A stretch of 64,000 bases of DNA from Eledone cirrhosa. Lineage: Eukaryota. Both the position numbers and the translations under genes were made by a program. The notes under the pieces were generated by a model. It saw nothing but the letters and a program-made list of their open reading frames with translations. It did not search any database and was not told the DNA's origin. The DNA lies in assembly GCA_964016885.1 (NCBI GenBank), contig OZ024752.1, forward strand, positions 21,576,001-21,640,000, in the 5' to 3' direction. Position 1 is the stretch's first letter, and each line of letters starts with the position of its first letter. Positions 1 through 14,502 of the stretch are shown piece after piece.

Positions 1-876
1 ATAATCAGAGCAATATATCATAAATCATGTCCTTAGAATTATTAGATAAAATATATACTATTTCCTCTTCCAATTAGCATAATTAACCATATAAAAAAAT
101 CAATTAGACCAAGCTATAAGAAGAAAGGCTCTTATGAAGAAATCTCCGACAAATAACCGAAAGTGGCCTCTTCGCGGTGGCCCCAATAGAGTATTTATCC
201 AACATTTCGACAGCATGTAGAAACTGACTAAATATACCATCAACCATACACAATTAGGTGTAAAATTAAACTTAGAAGAAATGTGTACATACCGTAATTA
301 TATCACTACCATGGTTTCATCCGTATTTTTAAACATCCAATTAATAGGAATATCTTGAATATCCGCGAAGAGGCCACTTTCGGTTATTTGTCGGAGATTT
401 CTTCATAAGAGCCTTTCTTCTTATAGCTTGGTCTAATTGATTTTTTATATGGTTAATTATGCTAATTGGAAGAGGAAATAGTATATATTTTATCTAATAA
501 TTCTAAGGACATGATTTATGATATATTGCTCTGATTATTTAATTTATTAATTCTTCATTGAGCCACAACGTGACCGGTTGCAACATCAGGAGACAAACTC
601 AAAATCAGACATTTAGTTTTCCAACTTGATCGCGTCAAAATTAGATTTAAAAATGGCTAAGAATCGCTATGTGGCTGTGGTCAAGCTAGAAAGAATGTGA
701 TTGGTTGCTTGTTGTTAGAAAGCGCAGCCAAATATCGCCAAATTGAATCTCAACCTAATGGGAGATTATTAAATATAAAGGTTTACATATACATAAAGTT
801 ATAGATATATATGTTGCAACCGGTCACTTTTAGGCTCTATGAAGAATTAATAAATTAAATAATCAGAGCAATATAT
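1..876. repeat. Nested inverted repeats, probably PLE pseudo-LTR (pLTR) fragments
   Basis: 1-177 is the reverse complement of ~364-538. ~520-585 is the reverse complement of ~813-876. The block abuts (TA)n. PLE origin is inferred by analogy with other hairpins here. Confidence 0.75.
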
Positions 877-877
877 G

Positions 878-951
<74 letters not shown>

Positions 952-955
<4 letters not shown>

Positions 956-1560
956 AGGTCACCAGTTGGTGCTACTGGTAACATGTATCCCAGTACACCT
1001 GTCTCATGGTCGGGTCGTTGGCGACTAAACTGGCAACCCCAACAAGGTTTCTTGGTGAGGAGGGTGACTTTGGACATCCTGCAGGACTAAAAACAAAACC
1101 TGTCAAAGGGCAAAGGAGCTCGTAAGAGTCAATGGCCATCCAAAATCACCGGGAGAGATGACCTCTTAGCCTTTGTCAAGGCAGAATTCTAGGAGAAGGA
1201 AAACTCTGATATAACACCTGCAACCCTGATGGTATCCAATGATGTTGACTTGTTCTTCTTTTTGGTAAATATCATCTTGGTTAAGAGAGTGGGACTGGCT
1301 TTGTGCAGTGCCTTTGCTCACTATAAAAGCTTCACGGCACAGGCATTGCTTTATATCTGGAGATCTCTCTGCACTTGTCATCACATGGTACCATGGGCCC
1401 AGCACTATGTGTCAATAATTGTCAGAAGTGTAGTGTTTGTACCAGAGTTTTCAAGTCGCTGGCTGGACTAAAAAGTCACACTTGTTCAGCGCATCGGTAA
1501 GGGTTCTCCTACATGGATATAAAGTAGTGGCTGTACTCGAAAACGAGTTGGCAGCCACCA
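952..1560 (+). mobile_element. Non-autonomous bipartite RTE-type retroelement, copy 1
   Basis: Contains the RTE 5'UTR-like motif ctaggagaaggaaaactctga (~1188). The 3' part reads [23 protein letters not shown], a C2H2-like LINE C-terminus. (TA)n lies on both sides. A near-identical reverse copy is at 24860-25469. Confidence 0.7.
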
Positions 1561-1584
1561 TATATATATATGTATATATATATG

Positions 1585-2830
<1,246 letters not shown>

Positions 2831-3016
2831 AGCAATATCTTTTGCATTTGTATTTATATTCTATATCCATAACTGCATTGTTCTGGCCTTCTAACTCCAA
2901 ACGTTTATACCTCACTACGCAATGCTTCAAGTAAACTACAATTTCCTTCTTAAATATATATATATGTATATATATATGTATATATATATATGTATATATA
3001 TGTATATATATATATA

Positions 3017-6000
3017 AAATTTTCGCCCGCGGATGGCTAACATAACCCCATCTCCCCCCGCCCCACACCACCCCCACCCTCCAAACGCGATCCAAAACTT
3101 CAGAGTTGGTACCATAAATGTAGGCACCCTAAAGGGGCGCGCTAACGAGGTTGTAGAAATGCTTGAACGTAAGGAGGTCGATGTTTGTTGTATTCAAGAG
3201 ACCAGGTGGAGGGGTGGGTCTGCTAGATTCATTGAGGGTAAAAAACGATGTTATAAGCTTTTCTGGGTGGGAATCGACGATGGGCTGGGTGGAGTAGGAA
3301 TCATGGTAGCAGAAAAGTGGGCGGATAAGATAATAGACGTAAATAGAGTGAACGACAGAATAATTAAAATACGACTTGTCCTCAATAGAACTACGGTGAC
3401 AGTAATATCTGCGTATGCACCCCAATCCGGACTGCCCGGCACTATAAAAGACAGATTCTATGAGACACTGATGCTCACTACCTCCCAAATATCTGACAGT
3501 GACTATATAATTATTGCAGGCGACCTAAATGGTCACGTTGGGCAACATTGTGACGGCTACGACGAAATCCATGGAGGCTATGGGTTTGGTACTAGAAATG
3601 AGGAAGGCTCCAGAATCCTGGAATTCTGTGATGCAAATAACCTAACTATCTGTAACACTAACTTCAAAAAACGTGACAATCACCTGATCACCTATAGATC
3701 CGGGGAACACACAAGCCAGGTAGATTATATCCTTACCAGAAGACGTGACAGAGTGTCTGTTGTAAACACTAAATCCCTCCCCCATGAAGAATGCACCTCC
3801 CAACATAGACTGATAATTAGCGACCTCATAGTCAGGTCGAGACGTACTCGACAGCAGAAGAGGACTATCCTCAGGAGAAAAATATGGAAGCTAAAGGACC
3901 CCACAGCCAAAAATAAATTTCAAAACATATTACTTGATGCTTTCGACAGTAAGGAAGAACACTTAGAGTCGGACAATATAGAGGGACAGTGGGAATTTCT
4001 GAAAGCAAACCTGCTGTTGGCCACAGACGAAGTCTGTGGCTGGAGCAGGCCTGTAGGCAGGAGGAGAGTAACATGGTGGTGGAACAGTAAGGTGGAGGAG
4101 TCAATTAAGGCCAAAAAGCAGGCTTGGAAAGTATGGCGGGATGGGGGAAGTAGAGTAGACTATCAAGTGGCCAGGAGGGAAGCTAGGAGAGAAGTGTACT
4201 TAGCAAGAAGGGAAGCTGAGGAAAGAAAGTTCAAGCATGTCCTACAACGCGATGACCAAAAACGTGAGGTGTTCAGGATTGCTAGGCAATGCGTCAAGGA
4301 AAACCGTGATATTGTCGGGGAGAAGTGTGTACTTAACGATGATGGCATACTTGCCATCACCGACACTGATAAGAAGGCAGCTTGGAAGTGTCACTATGAA
4401 AGGCTACTAAATGAGGAGAATAAATGGGAGAAAGACAGTCTCCCCCATGTCGACCCAATAGAGGGACCAGCAGTGTTAGTCGAGGGGAGTATAATAAGTA
4501 AGGCAATCAAGGATATGAAGACAGGTAAGGCGGCTGGGCCTTCGGAAATAGTTGCTGAGATGCTGAAGGCATCTGGCACGGTGGGACACACCATGGTCAC
4601 CCGCATAGTTAACCAAGTCGTACAGAATGGGGCTGTTCCGAAGGACTGGCATAGCAGCATCATCGTTAACTGTTATAAGGGTAAAGGAGACGCCCTAGAT
4701 AGGAGTAACTATAGAGGCATTAAATTAATCGACCAGGTCATGAAGGTCACAGAAAAAGTAATAGCGCAACTAATCAGAGAGAGAATTGACCTAGATGAAA
4801 TGCAGTTCGGGTTTGTGTCAGGCAAAAGTACCACAGACGCTCTTTTCATAGTACGACAACTACAGGAGAAGTACCTAGCTAAAGGTAAACCCCTCTACTT
4901 AGCTTTTGTCGACTTGGAGAAAGCCTTCGACAGAGTCCCCCGCTCCATTATCTGGTGGGCTCTTAGAAAACTAGGCGTTGACGAATGGCTTGTGAGGGCT
5001 ATACAAGCCATGTATAAAGAAACAGTCAGCAAGGTTAGAATTAACAACGAATATAGTGAAGAGTTTAGCGTAAAAGTTGGCGTCCATCAGGGCTCTGTTC
5101 TCAGCCCCCTACTATTTATTATTGCCCTTCAGGCTATAACAGAGGAGTTCAAGACAGGCTGCCCATGGGAACTCCTATACGCAGACGACCTGACACTCAT
5201 AGCGGAATCAATGGCCGAGCTAGAGAAGAAATTCCAAACATGGAAGCACGGCCTAGAGTCAAAAGGACTTAAAATTAACCTGGCTAAGACCAAAGTTCTA
5301 GTTTGTAGGAAAGAAAACAAGGCGGCGGTCCCTTCTGGGAAATGGTCGTGCTCGGTGTGTAGGAAAGGCGTAGGTAGAAACTCCATTTTGTGTCCTAAAT
5401 GCAAAGTATGGGTGCATAAAAGATGTAGTGGGATCACAGGTAAGCTAACTAAGAACATAGATTTTACATGTGGCCGGTGTTCTGGTGCAATAAGTAGCAG
5501 CAAGTGCCCACACAATACTAGCTCTTTCAATTGCGCAGAGGGTTCTATAGAAATAGTGGACAGCTTCCGTTACCTGGGCGATAAAATCAGCAGTGGGGGA
5601 GGGTGCTCTGAAAGTACTGTAGCTAGAGTCAGAACTGGTTGGAAAAAGTTCAGAGAGCTTATACCACTATTAGCTGCTAAAGGGTTCTCCCTAAAAATGA
5701 AAGGCAGGTTGTACGATGCCTGCATACGAACAGCAATGTTGCATGGCAGTGAGACCTGGGCATTGTGTGCAGAGGATATACGCAGACTAGAGAGGAACGA
5801 AGCTTGCATGCTCCGCTGGATGTGTAACAGTAATATACGTGAACGGCAAAGCATAAACGAACTAAGGAAAAAATTAGAGATAAGAGGGATCAGATGTTGT
5901 TTACTCGAGAGAAGGCTACGTTGGTATGGACACGTGATGCGCATGAAAGTCGATAGCTGTATAACAAAGTGCAGGGCAATAAAGATAGACGGTAGCCACG

Positions 6001-6503
6001 GAATAGGCAGACCTAGAAAAACCTGGGACGAGCTGATAAACTCCGACCTCACACACTTACACCTCTCCAAGACAATGTCACTGGACCGAGACCTTTGGCG
6101 GTACTCAGTAACAGAGAAGACCCGCCTTGCCAGTAGGCATCTCTAACAAAATACACCCCGTCCCACCACCACCACCCCCACCCCATCCACACCACCCCGT
6201 CCTATGTAAAGTTATGTTGGTGCCGCGCCATCCGGGCCGAAACAAATGAGATCGTGTAGGTGTCACGACAAAAAAACACACAGTCCACGCTGTAATGTGG
6301 CCGTGTAGGCAACACGGTAAAAACCTCCCAGACCCACACTGTAAATGTGGTTGGTGTTAGGAAGGGCATCCAACTGTAGAAAACCTGCCAGACAGTCCTA
6401 TGCGAGCAAGACAATCACTCTTGCCTCAAGTGGGACTACCCCCGTCCAAACCCATGCAAGCGTGGAACACGGACGTTAAACGTTGATGATGATGATGATG
6501 ATG
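3017..6503 (+). mobile_element. Near full-length RTE LINE with 3'UTR and (GAT)n tail, inserted in (TA)n
   Basis: The ORF above plus a 3'UTR ending ggacgttaaacgttgatgatgat. (TA)n lies on both flanks. Confidence 0.9.
3033..6146 (+). CDS. Intact RTE-clade LINE ORF (APE endonuclease + reverse transcriptase with embedded PHD-type finger), 1037 aa
   Basis: APE motifs TINVGTL, QETRW, SAYAPQ, GDLNGHVG, VDYIL. RT motifs FVDLEKAFDRV, GVHQGSVLSPLLF, YADD, FRYLG. Insert CSVC..CPKC..WVHKRC..CGRC. C-terminal RRLRWYGHV..GRPRKTW. No stops or frameshifts. Confidence 0.95.
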   Translation: MANITPSPPAPHHPHPPNAIQNFRVGTINVGTLKGRANEVVEMLERKEVDVCCIQETRWRGGSARFIEGKKRCYKLFWVGIDDGLGGVGIMVAEKWADKIIDVNRVNDRIIKIRLVLNRTTVTVISAYAPQSGLPGTIKDRFYETLMLTTSQISDSDYIIIAGDLNGHVGQHCDGYDEIHGGYGFGTRNEEGSRILEFCDANNLTICNTNFKKRDNHLITYRSGEHTSQVDYILTRRRDRVSVVNTKSLPHEECTSQHRLIISDLIVRSRRTRQQKRTILRRKIWKLKDPTAKNKFQNILLDAFDSKEEHLESDNIEGQWEFLKANLLLATDEVCGWSRPVGRRRVTWWWNSKVEESIKAKKQAWKVWRDGGSRVDYQVARREARREVYLARREAEERKFKHVLQRDDQKREVFRIARQCVKENRDIVGEKCVLNDDGILAITDTDKKAAWKCHYERLLNEENKWEKDSLPHVDPIEGPAVLVEGSIISKAIKDMKTGKAAGPSEIVAEMLKASGTVGHTMVTRIVNQVVQNGAVPKDWHSSIIVNCYKGKGDALDRSNYRGIKLIDQVMKVTEKVIAQLIRERIDLDEMQFGFVSGKSTTDALFIVRQLQEKYLAKGKPLYLAFVDLEKAFDRVPRSIIWWALRKLGVDEWLVRAIQAMYKETVSKVRINNEYSEEFSVKVGVHQGSVLSPLLFIIALQAITEEFKTGCPWELLYADDLTLIAESMAELEKKFQTWKHGLESKGLKINLAKTKVLVCRKENKAAVPSGKWSCSVCRKGVGRNSILCPKCKVWVHKRCSGITGKLTKNIDFTCGRCSGAISSSKCPHNTSSFNCAEGSIEIVDSFRYLGDKISSGGGCSESTVARVRTGWKKFRELIPLLAAKGFSLKMKGRLYDACIRTAMLHGSETWALCAEDIRRLERNEACMLRWMCNSNIRERQSINELRKKLEIRGIRCCLLERRLRWYGHVMRMKVDSCITKCRAIKIDGSHGIGRPRKTWDELINSDLTHLHLSKTMSLDRDLWRYSVTEKTRLASRHL

Positions 6504-6574
<71 letters not shown>

Positions 6575-6575
<1 letters not shown>

Positions 6576-7236
6576 CTTATATGTTGGCTTATGTAACTCA
6601 TTCACTGAGCTGTTAAAAGTAGATAAATAATAAAGTAGAAAATCAAACTTTCCAGTTTCTTCTACAACACCTACGTTATGCGATGGGGCCCACCCACAGC
6701 CCCAGCGGACAGAATGGAGAAGGCGTTTCCCCGGAGGACGGCAAGCGAGACGTGCTGGAAAAGCCACTCCAACTCGCGAGGCTCTCACCTACGGCTGGCC
6801 AGCTCAGCGCCTATGATGGTGAGTAAGGAGGTAGCCTTGGGGCTTAGGACACCAGAAGTCTCCACTGCCAGGGCTACGACCGCAAACCTGTCAGAGAGTG
6901 ACCGGTATTTGAGGAGTTTGGGCCCCTCAGCTCGACGTGCAACAGAACCTGGGTCAGTCGCAGACTGCACCAGGTTGCGGCTGCAGGAAGTGTCGGTGCA
7001 AGTGGCATCCCAGACGAGGGGTTTGCCATCGCGGAACGGGAAGATGGTCATGCCATCTGGCCTCTTGCCGTCCCCTCCATCCAACCCCGCCGGCTCGAGC
7101 TGGGAAGTGAAGCCTGCAGTGTCCAAGCCGCGCTTCATGACCTCGTTGAGGGCAGCATGGCTTGGAATGCGACCGGCACTCTGGCAAGAGGAAAGTGGGT
7201 GGAGGCCGAAAGAGTGCACGGTGGAATCACAGCGAC
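6575..7236 (-). mobile_element. CRE-type non-LTR retrotransposon 3' fragment (RLE endonuclease)
   Basis: ORF 6785-7219 reads GLHPLSSC..H...[25 protein letters not shown], a PD-(D/E)xK RLE domain. Homologous to 33100-33650. Confidence 0.85.
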
Positions 7237-7425
7237 ATATGTATATTTATGTATATATAAGAAACCCCGACGGCAGAGCTCAAGCCGTTTCAACAGCTAT
7301 TTCTGGACAATCTGGTTCCTTACCACACTTCCTTCGTTATATGTATATATATATATGTATATATGTATATATGTATATATATATGTATATATATGTATAT
7401 ATATATGTATATATATATGTATATA

Positions 7426-7473
<48 letters not shown>

Positions 7474-7476
<3 letters not shown>

Positions 7477-7781
7477 TCATCATCATCAATTTACGTCCAC
7501 TTTTCCTTGATTCTGGCTTGATTTCTACAGCTGGATGCCCTTCCTAACACCAACCTCATTTACAGTGAGTGCTGGGTGCTTTTTTGCCATGGCACCTCCA
7601 CAACCACTTTGCAGTGGAATGATAGGGACCCCAGTCCTATCATCTCATTTCTACAGCTGAGTAAACTGGAGCAATGTGAAATAAAGTGTCTTGCTCAAGG
7701 AAACAACACATCACCCGGTCTGAGAATTGAACTCACAACCTTTCGAGGCCAATGCTCTAACCACTAAGCCATGTGCCTCCA
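7474..7781 (-). mobile_element. tRNA-derived SINE with RTE-type tail (related copies ~41090-41375 and ~46860-47170, minus strand)
   Basis: The minus strand begins ggaggcacatggcttagtggttagagc (A box), has gagttcaattc (B box) and the core ccttgagcaagacactttatttcacattgctccag, and ends ggacgtaaa..gatgatgat. Confidence 0.8.
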
Positions 7782-9240
<1,459 letters not shown>

Positions 9241-9257
9241 TGTTGAGTTCTCTAGTC

Positions 9258-9570
9258 AATGTCCATGTCTCACTGCCATGCAACATTGCTATTCGTATAC
9301 AGGCATCATACAATCTACCTTTCATTTGTAGAGAGAAACCTTTTGTGGCCAACAGCAGTATAAGCTCTCTGAACTTTTTCCATCCCGTTCTGACTCAGGC
9401 TACTGTACTTTCAGAGCACCCTCCACCACTGCTGATTTTGTCACCCAAGTAACGGAAAGTGTCCACTATTTCTATAAAACCATCTGGGCAATAGAAGGAG
9501 TTAGTACCCTGTGGGCACTTGCTACTTATTGCACCTGAACATTGGCCACATATAAAATCTATGTTCTTAG
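9258..9570 (-). mobile_element. RTE LINE fragment (PHD-finger end and RT thumb)
   Basis: KNIDFICGQCSGAISSKCP..IEIVDTFRYLGDKISSGGGCSES, closely matching the intact ORF. Confidence 0.9.
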
Positions 9571-9606
<36 letters not shown>

Positions 9607-10589
9607 TATAAATCATGTCCTTAGAATCATTAGATAAAATATATATATATATATAAAATTGAAAAAGTGGAGAATAACATGGTCAACAGTACAAAAAAGG
9701 GGGTTTATTTGCAGTCTAACAATTGTTTCACTGATAATCATCATCATCATATATCATCATATTACCTCCGCTTTTCCCTGCTTGCACAGCATCTCTCCAC
9801 ATGTCACGGTCCTTTGTCATCTCCTCCGTGAGCTTCAGTGATCTGAGGTCTGCTCTCACCACCTCCGCCCTTGTTTTTTTGTGGTATATTATGAGAAATT
9901 ATTATATATCGTTATTTAAAAAATAAATAATTATTTAGTACATAAATGATTATGCGTGAATATACAGCCGCTAAGAGAGAAGCTAGATGTCAGGTGTACT
10001 TAACACGCAGGGAGGCTGAGAGTAGGAGGTTTGCCAATGTTCTGCGACGGGAAGATCAGAGACGTGCGGTGTAATAGCGAGACTAAGGTGCTGGAAGAGC
10101 TAAGCATCCCTATGAGCATCACATGATATTTCAGAAAAGCAAGTTACTAACAAAGACAAAAGCCTGTACGATTGACAATTTTTGTTGTTGTTATTAACAG
10201 CTTCCCTTACTGAAGTATCAGGAGATGCTTGTAATGGTGTTGAGTTAACTATATATAATATAAAATGTAACAGACAAATAGTAATAAACATGTATCAGAC
10301 ACTGTGGCTAAACTATTTCCTGATGCCTGAAAGAAATTTTATGTCAATAATCTAAATTCCAGTGATACCAAACGAGAAACAAATGTGACAGTGTTCCCAT
10401 AATTTTTCTATACAATAAAAATAGCCATAACAACTGCCACTAAAAGCACTTAATCAAGACCAGAGAGGTCTTGAAATGTCACTGAAGTAGGAAAATTTGT
10501 TGTTTCAAGCAAAATATACAGTGTAATATGAAAATATTAGAAGTCTTTGAAAAATAAAATAAAAATGCGAGCATATTAATACTTTCTTT

Positions 10590-10800
10590 GATTTCTAATT
10601 TAAGCACAAAGCCAGTAAATTTAGAGAGAGGGCAAAGTTGATCAAATCAAACTCGGTGCTTGACAGGTACTTTATTGAACCCAGAAAGATGAAAGGCAAA
10701 GTTGACCTCAGTTGGATTTAAAATCATGATGTAAAGAGCCAGAACAAATACTATAATTATAGTTTATTTGATGCCCTACCAATTCTGCCAATCCACCACC
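10590..10800 (-). mobile_element. Decayed tRNA-derived SINE (family of 38152-38332)
   Basis: Shares gatgaaaggcaaagttgacctc and gccaatccaccacc with the other copies. Confidence 0.7.
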
Positions 10801-11249
10801 CCTTTATACTTACTAATATTCCTGACAAATTATCTGTTGTGTGTATATTGCTGCTATTTCTAGTATGGCCATTTCTGTTTACTCAGCTCAATCATTTCAA
10901 CCACTATATTTATTTGTGCATAATACAATTTGAGTATAATATGACCTCTGTTTCTGAAGTTTAAAAAATGAGAATAAATTACATCCTTGTAAACTTGTAG
11001 CATTCATCAATATCACACACAAATTTCATTACAATATTCAGTTCTTGTGATGTTAACCCCTCATAACCACATTTCTCTGTTCCGATTAATTAATGAAGAA
11101 TTTTGAGGGATTTGTTAAAATTATTAATTATTTTATTATTAAGATAGTAGTAACTTAATGTAAAGTTCTCATAAAATTATGTTGGAAGCTTTTAATATAA
11201 ATTGGAAACCTTTAAAATAGGTGACTTTATTTCATAGAACCAAAACCCC

Positions 11250-11650
11250 ACGTTTCTTGATCACAGAGGGTGCCATTGTGTTTTGGAGAACCTTGTGACA
11301 AGGATGCGGCATGAGATTACCAACGAAAGAAATGCCGGCAAAGCCAGCGAAATCGGGGCCCGGAGGCCAAGGCCACCGTATCTAATAAGTAAGGTGGCCT
11401 GTTGCCATCCAATGTCGTCAAACCTGATGTTGCATATCTCCTCAGCTGATGCGTGGCTGTAACACGGAGCGTTGCGAATAGTATAAAGGAGCTTCGGCAT
11501 GGCGAAGCAGTACCTCAACAGGAAGGAGGCTGGGTGACTGTCAATCATGCCCAGTTGGCTCGTGAGGGTCTTGAGTTGCTGGAGCCGGGACCTAATGGTG
11601 GAGCAGATGGCCGACGAGTGGATCAGTGACCCGAGGATGAGGACATCATG
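11250..11650 (-). mobile_element. CRE-type RT/thumb fragment
   Basis: MPKLLYTIRNAPC..WQQATL.IRYGGLG; paralogous to 32340-32760. Confidence 0.85.
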
Positions 11651-12782
11651 CTGGAGGAGGAAATGAAAGCCAGGGAATTGGTGAAGGTGGAGGAGGTGTA
11701 GAGGTTAGGGCAAAATGGAAAATACTTGTCATGGGAATCACAAGGCTAACACAGTAATTCCACTACTAACCCCCACCCACACTCCTGTATTCGACCCTCC
11801 CACCACCACTAATAATACTAACACCCTACCACACACTCGCACTCATACCCAAACATGCACACACACACACCAGTATATTACATTCACTCATACAGTACCC
11901 AGCACCTCTCTCCCCCTGTACTACTCCCACCCCCCACACATCATACTAACACCTCCACTAATATACACACAACCCCCTACACACACCGCCACCCTCTCCT
12001 TCAACTTTTCACACTGACCTACCTCCTCTCCCGTCCACCGCACCCCCGCAAACACACATTTCTACACACCTGTTACTACCTCTCACACTGACTACCCTTT
12101 CACTCCTCCTCCCTTCTCCCTCTCTCACACACTTTGCCCTGCCTTCTCCACCCCCTGCCTTCACCTTCTTGACCACTTCCTGTTGCACGCGCCCCAGGAT
12201 ATCTACGAGATAATACCCAGATTTTCACCATCTGTCCACACACTCACCGAAAAACCATTCCGGAACACACACACACACACACACACACCATTTTCGCACA
12301 CACGCAACCATACATTCCCACGTATCCACACCACACAAAAACACACACCACACATGCGTATCCTCACATACACCCACTCTGCCTCCGGACTCCGCACACT
12401 CGCTCTCCCCCACCTTTTCCGACCCCTCTCCATCCACACAGACTTACATCCCACCCCATGTACACATTGGTTTTCCTAAAACCCGAGCATGGAACCTCGT
12501 TCTGCCCCAAACTCTCACACGCACATACGCGCATACACACACGTACACCTACACACACACACCACCTTCCGCCCTCCCCGCTCGGACCCCCAATTTCCTT
12601 CTCCCTCCCCCTCCATTTACCCACCACCACCTCTACACGCCTCACACCCCTTCACCACTTGTTTTCAATTTATTGTCCCACTCTTGTGTTATTTTTATTT
12701 TTATTTTTCCCCTTCATTTTAATATTTTTCCACCACTCCCCCCTCACACTCTCTCGGAACTCCTCTCCTCCCCACCATTCTC

Positions 12783-12813
12783 CTGATGAAGGGTTTATGC
12801 CTGAAACGTCGTC
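12783..12813 (+). ncRNA. Minimal hammerhead ribozyme-like motif in a probable PLE pLTR
   Basis: CTGATGA-A-gggt(ttat)gcct-GAAA-cgtcg-TC. Stem I does not pair, so the motif is probably decayed. Confidence 0.55.
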
Positions 12814-13087
12814 CCCCACCCCCACTCTCAAGCGTGAACCTAATACCTAACACCTTTCGTAACTGTACTCCTTGTTGTTGTTATTTACTTTTCCAATATA
12901 TATACATATATATATATATATATCATCATCATCATCACCGTTTTACCTCCGTTCTTCCATGCTAGCATGGGTTAGATGGATTGTCCTGTTGTGGGCAGTG
13001 TCTGGTCGGCTGACCATGCATTGCTCATACAGGAACTGATTTGGGTTGATTTCTACAGCTGGATATATATATATATATATATATATA

Positions 13088-14501
13088 CTAGCTGGCCCGT
13101 CCGGCTGGTGCTCGGCTAGGTATACCGGCATTTTATCTTTTCAAGAATCCCCCCTACACTCTAGTGCAAAGATACCGCATGCCCTCTCAAGTCAGCGGGG
13201 GGGGGGGGGGGGGGGGCGTATAACGTGCTCTGATGTTGGGTTTGAATAGTTTTTAGGATTCCCCAGTTCAGCAGCCAGTACGTTAAAGAAAATTGATAGT
13301 TACAACAATAAAGGCTGAACAGAGAACAAATTTTTTAACAAACAATAATTTGTACAACCATAATGGAAATTCCAAGTAAGAGAAAATATTTAAATTACAT
13401 TGTTAGAGCCTCAGAGTATACAATAGTTTTTGTTCGACCCTCCGGAGCAAAGATGAAGAGATTGTTCGGTGAGCTCACCCTAAAACATCCTACATACAAT
13501 TGACCATGGGAGAATCACTGATTTTGTAGCTCGTCTCATGGAGAAACTCTGTAGACGTTGACCTCTGGACACTCCTGTCAGGATCAGGTAAGCTGTAGTG
13601 ACTTAGAGGCCTACCACCAATCTCTAGGACACTGTTTTCTAGGCAAATAAGCGCCTCATTGAAAACGACATCGTATGTTACGTTCGGATAGTATCTGCGT
13701 ATGCGGTGGAGGATGCCCACAGCTAGACTTTCGCGGTGGTTGTTCCACATTGCGAGAGGGTCGGCAAGATCGCAGTTGTGCAGCATAATAGCAAAAAGTT
13801 TTCGCAGCTAAGAAGGGACTTTAGCAGTTGCTGCTTCTTGCAGGGTGAGCTGCCAATGACTATCATCGTGTAACATACCACGCATCTGGCAAGCCAAACG
13901 GTAAGTGGAACATTGATGGCCTTTGATGGTTCTCAGATCTTGGAAAGACTGGTCCTCTAGCCTCGAACAGTAACACTGACGATAAGCCATCTGTGCTTTC
14001 ATGAAATAAATAGGTTTTGTTTTTGTGTATGCAAAAATATCTGTACACGATATTTTTGCATACACAAAAACATCTGTACACGAATATATATATTAAGATA
14101 ACAGATTAAAGTTTAAGCAAAGAATCGCTGCTTTCACACTTAACGGGATCTTCTGAAACTAAAAAAAAATCTGTCTGTGAATGCAGAAGTAAATATTTCG
14201 AAAAACGTTATCTTATACAGACAGCCAGACATACAGACTAAGAAAAAGAGGGGAATGTTGTACAACGTCATAAGAAAAAGTGAGGAATTATGTATAACTG
14301 GAAGTGTTGACATTTGAAATTTTAAAGAAGTGAATATTTAAATAATGTCTTTAATCTTTTAACAAAATCCAGTAGACAAAAGTACCCTCACTTTTTTACT
14401 TGGAAAAAGTTACATCTATGGTGCAAATTTGGTGCTGTTTGGTCCAGCCGTTTGGCAGAAAGTTTGTTTCCTATATACGGCTGTCAGCTTTATAGTATAG
14501 A
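13088..14501 (-). mobile_element. Internally deleted Helitron retaining a Rep-Hel fragment and both termini
   Basis: Minus strand starts A|TCTATACTATAAAG at 14501 and ends with a GC hairpin + CTAG|T at 13088. The internal fragment SFQDLRTI.G..STYRLACQMRGMLHDD.HW..TLQEA..LRKLFAIML..DPLAMW is typical of RepHel. Confidence 0.9.
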
Positions 14502-14502
14502 T

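Noticed and set aside
6678-7547. 289-aa plus-strand ORF and similar antisense ORFs over RTE and CRE copies
   Set aside because: They are antisense shadows of retroelement coding sequence running into microsatellites.
11715-12850. Pro/His/Thr-rich ORFs
   Set aside because: Low-complexity C/A-rich sequence, best explained as a PLE 3'UTR ending in the hammerhead motif at 12783.
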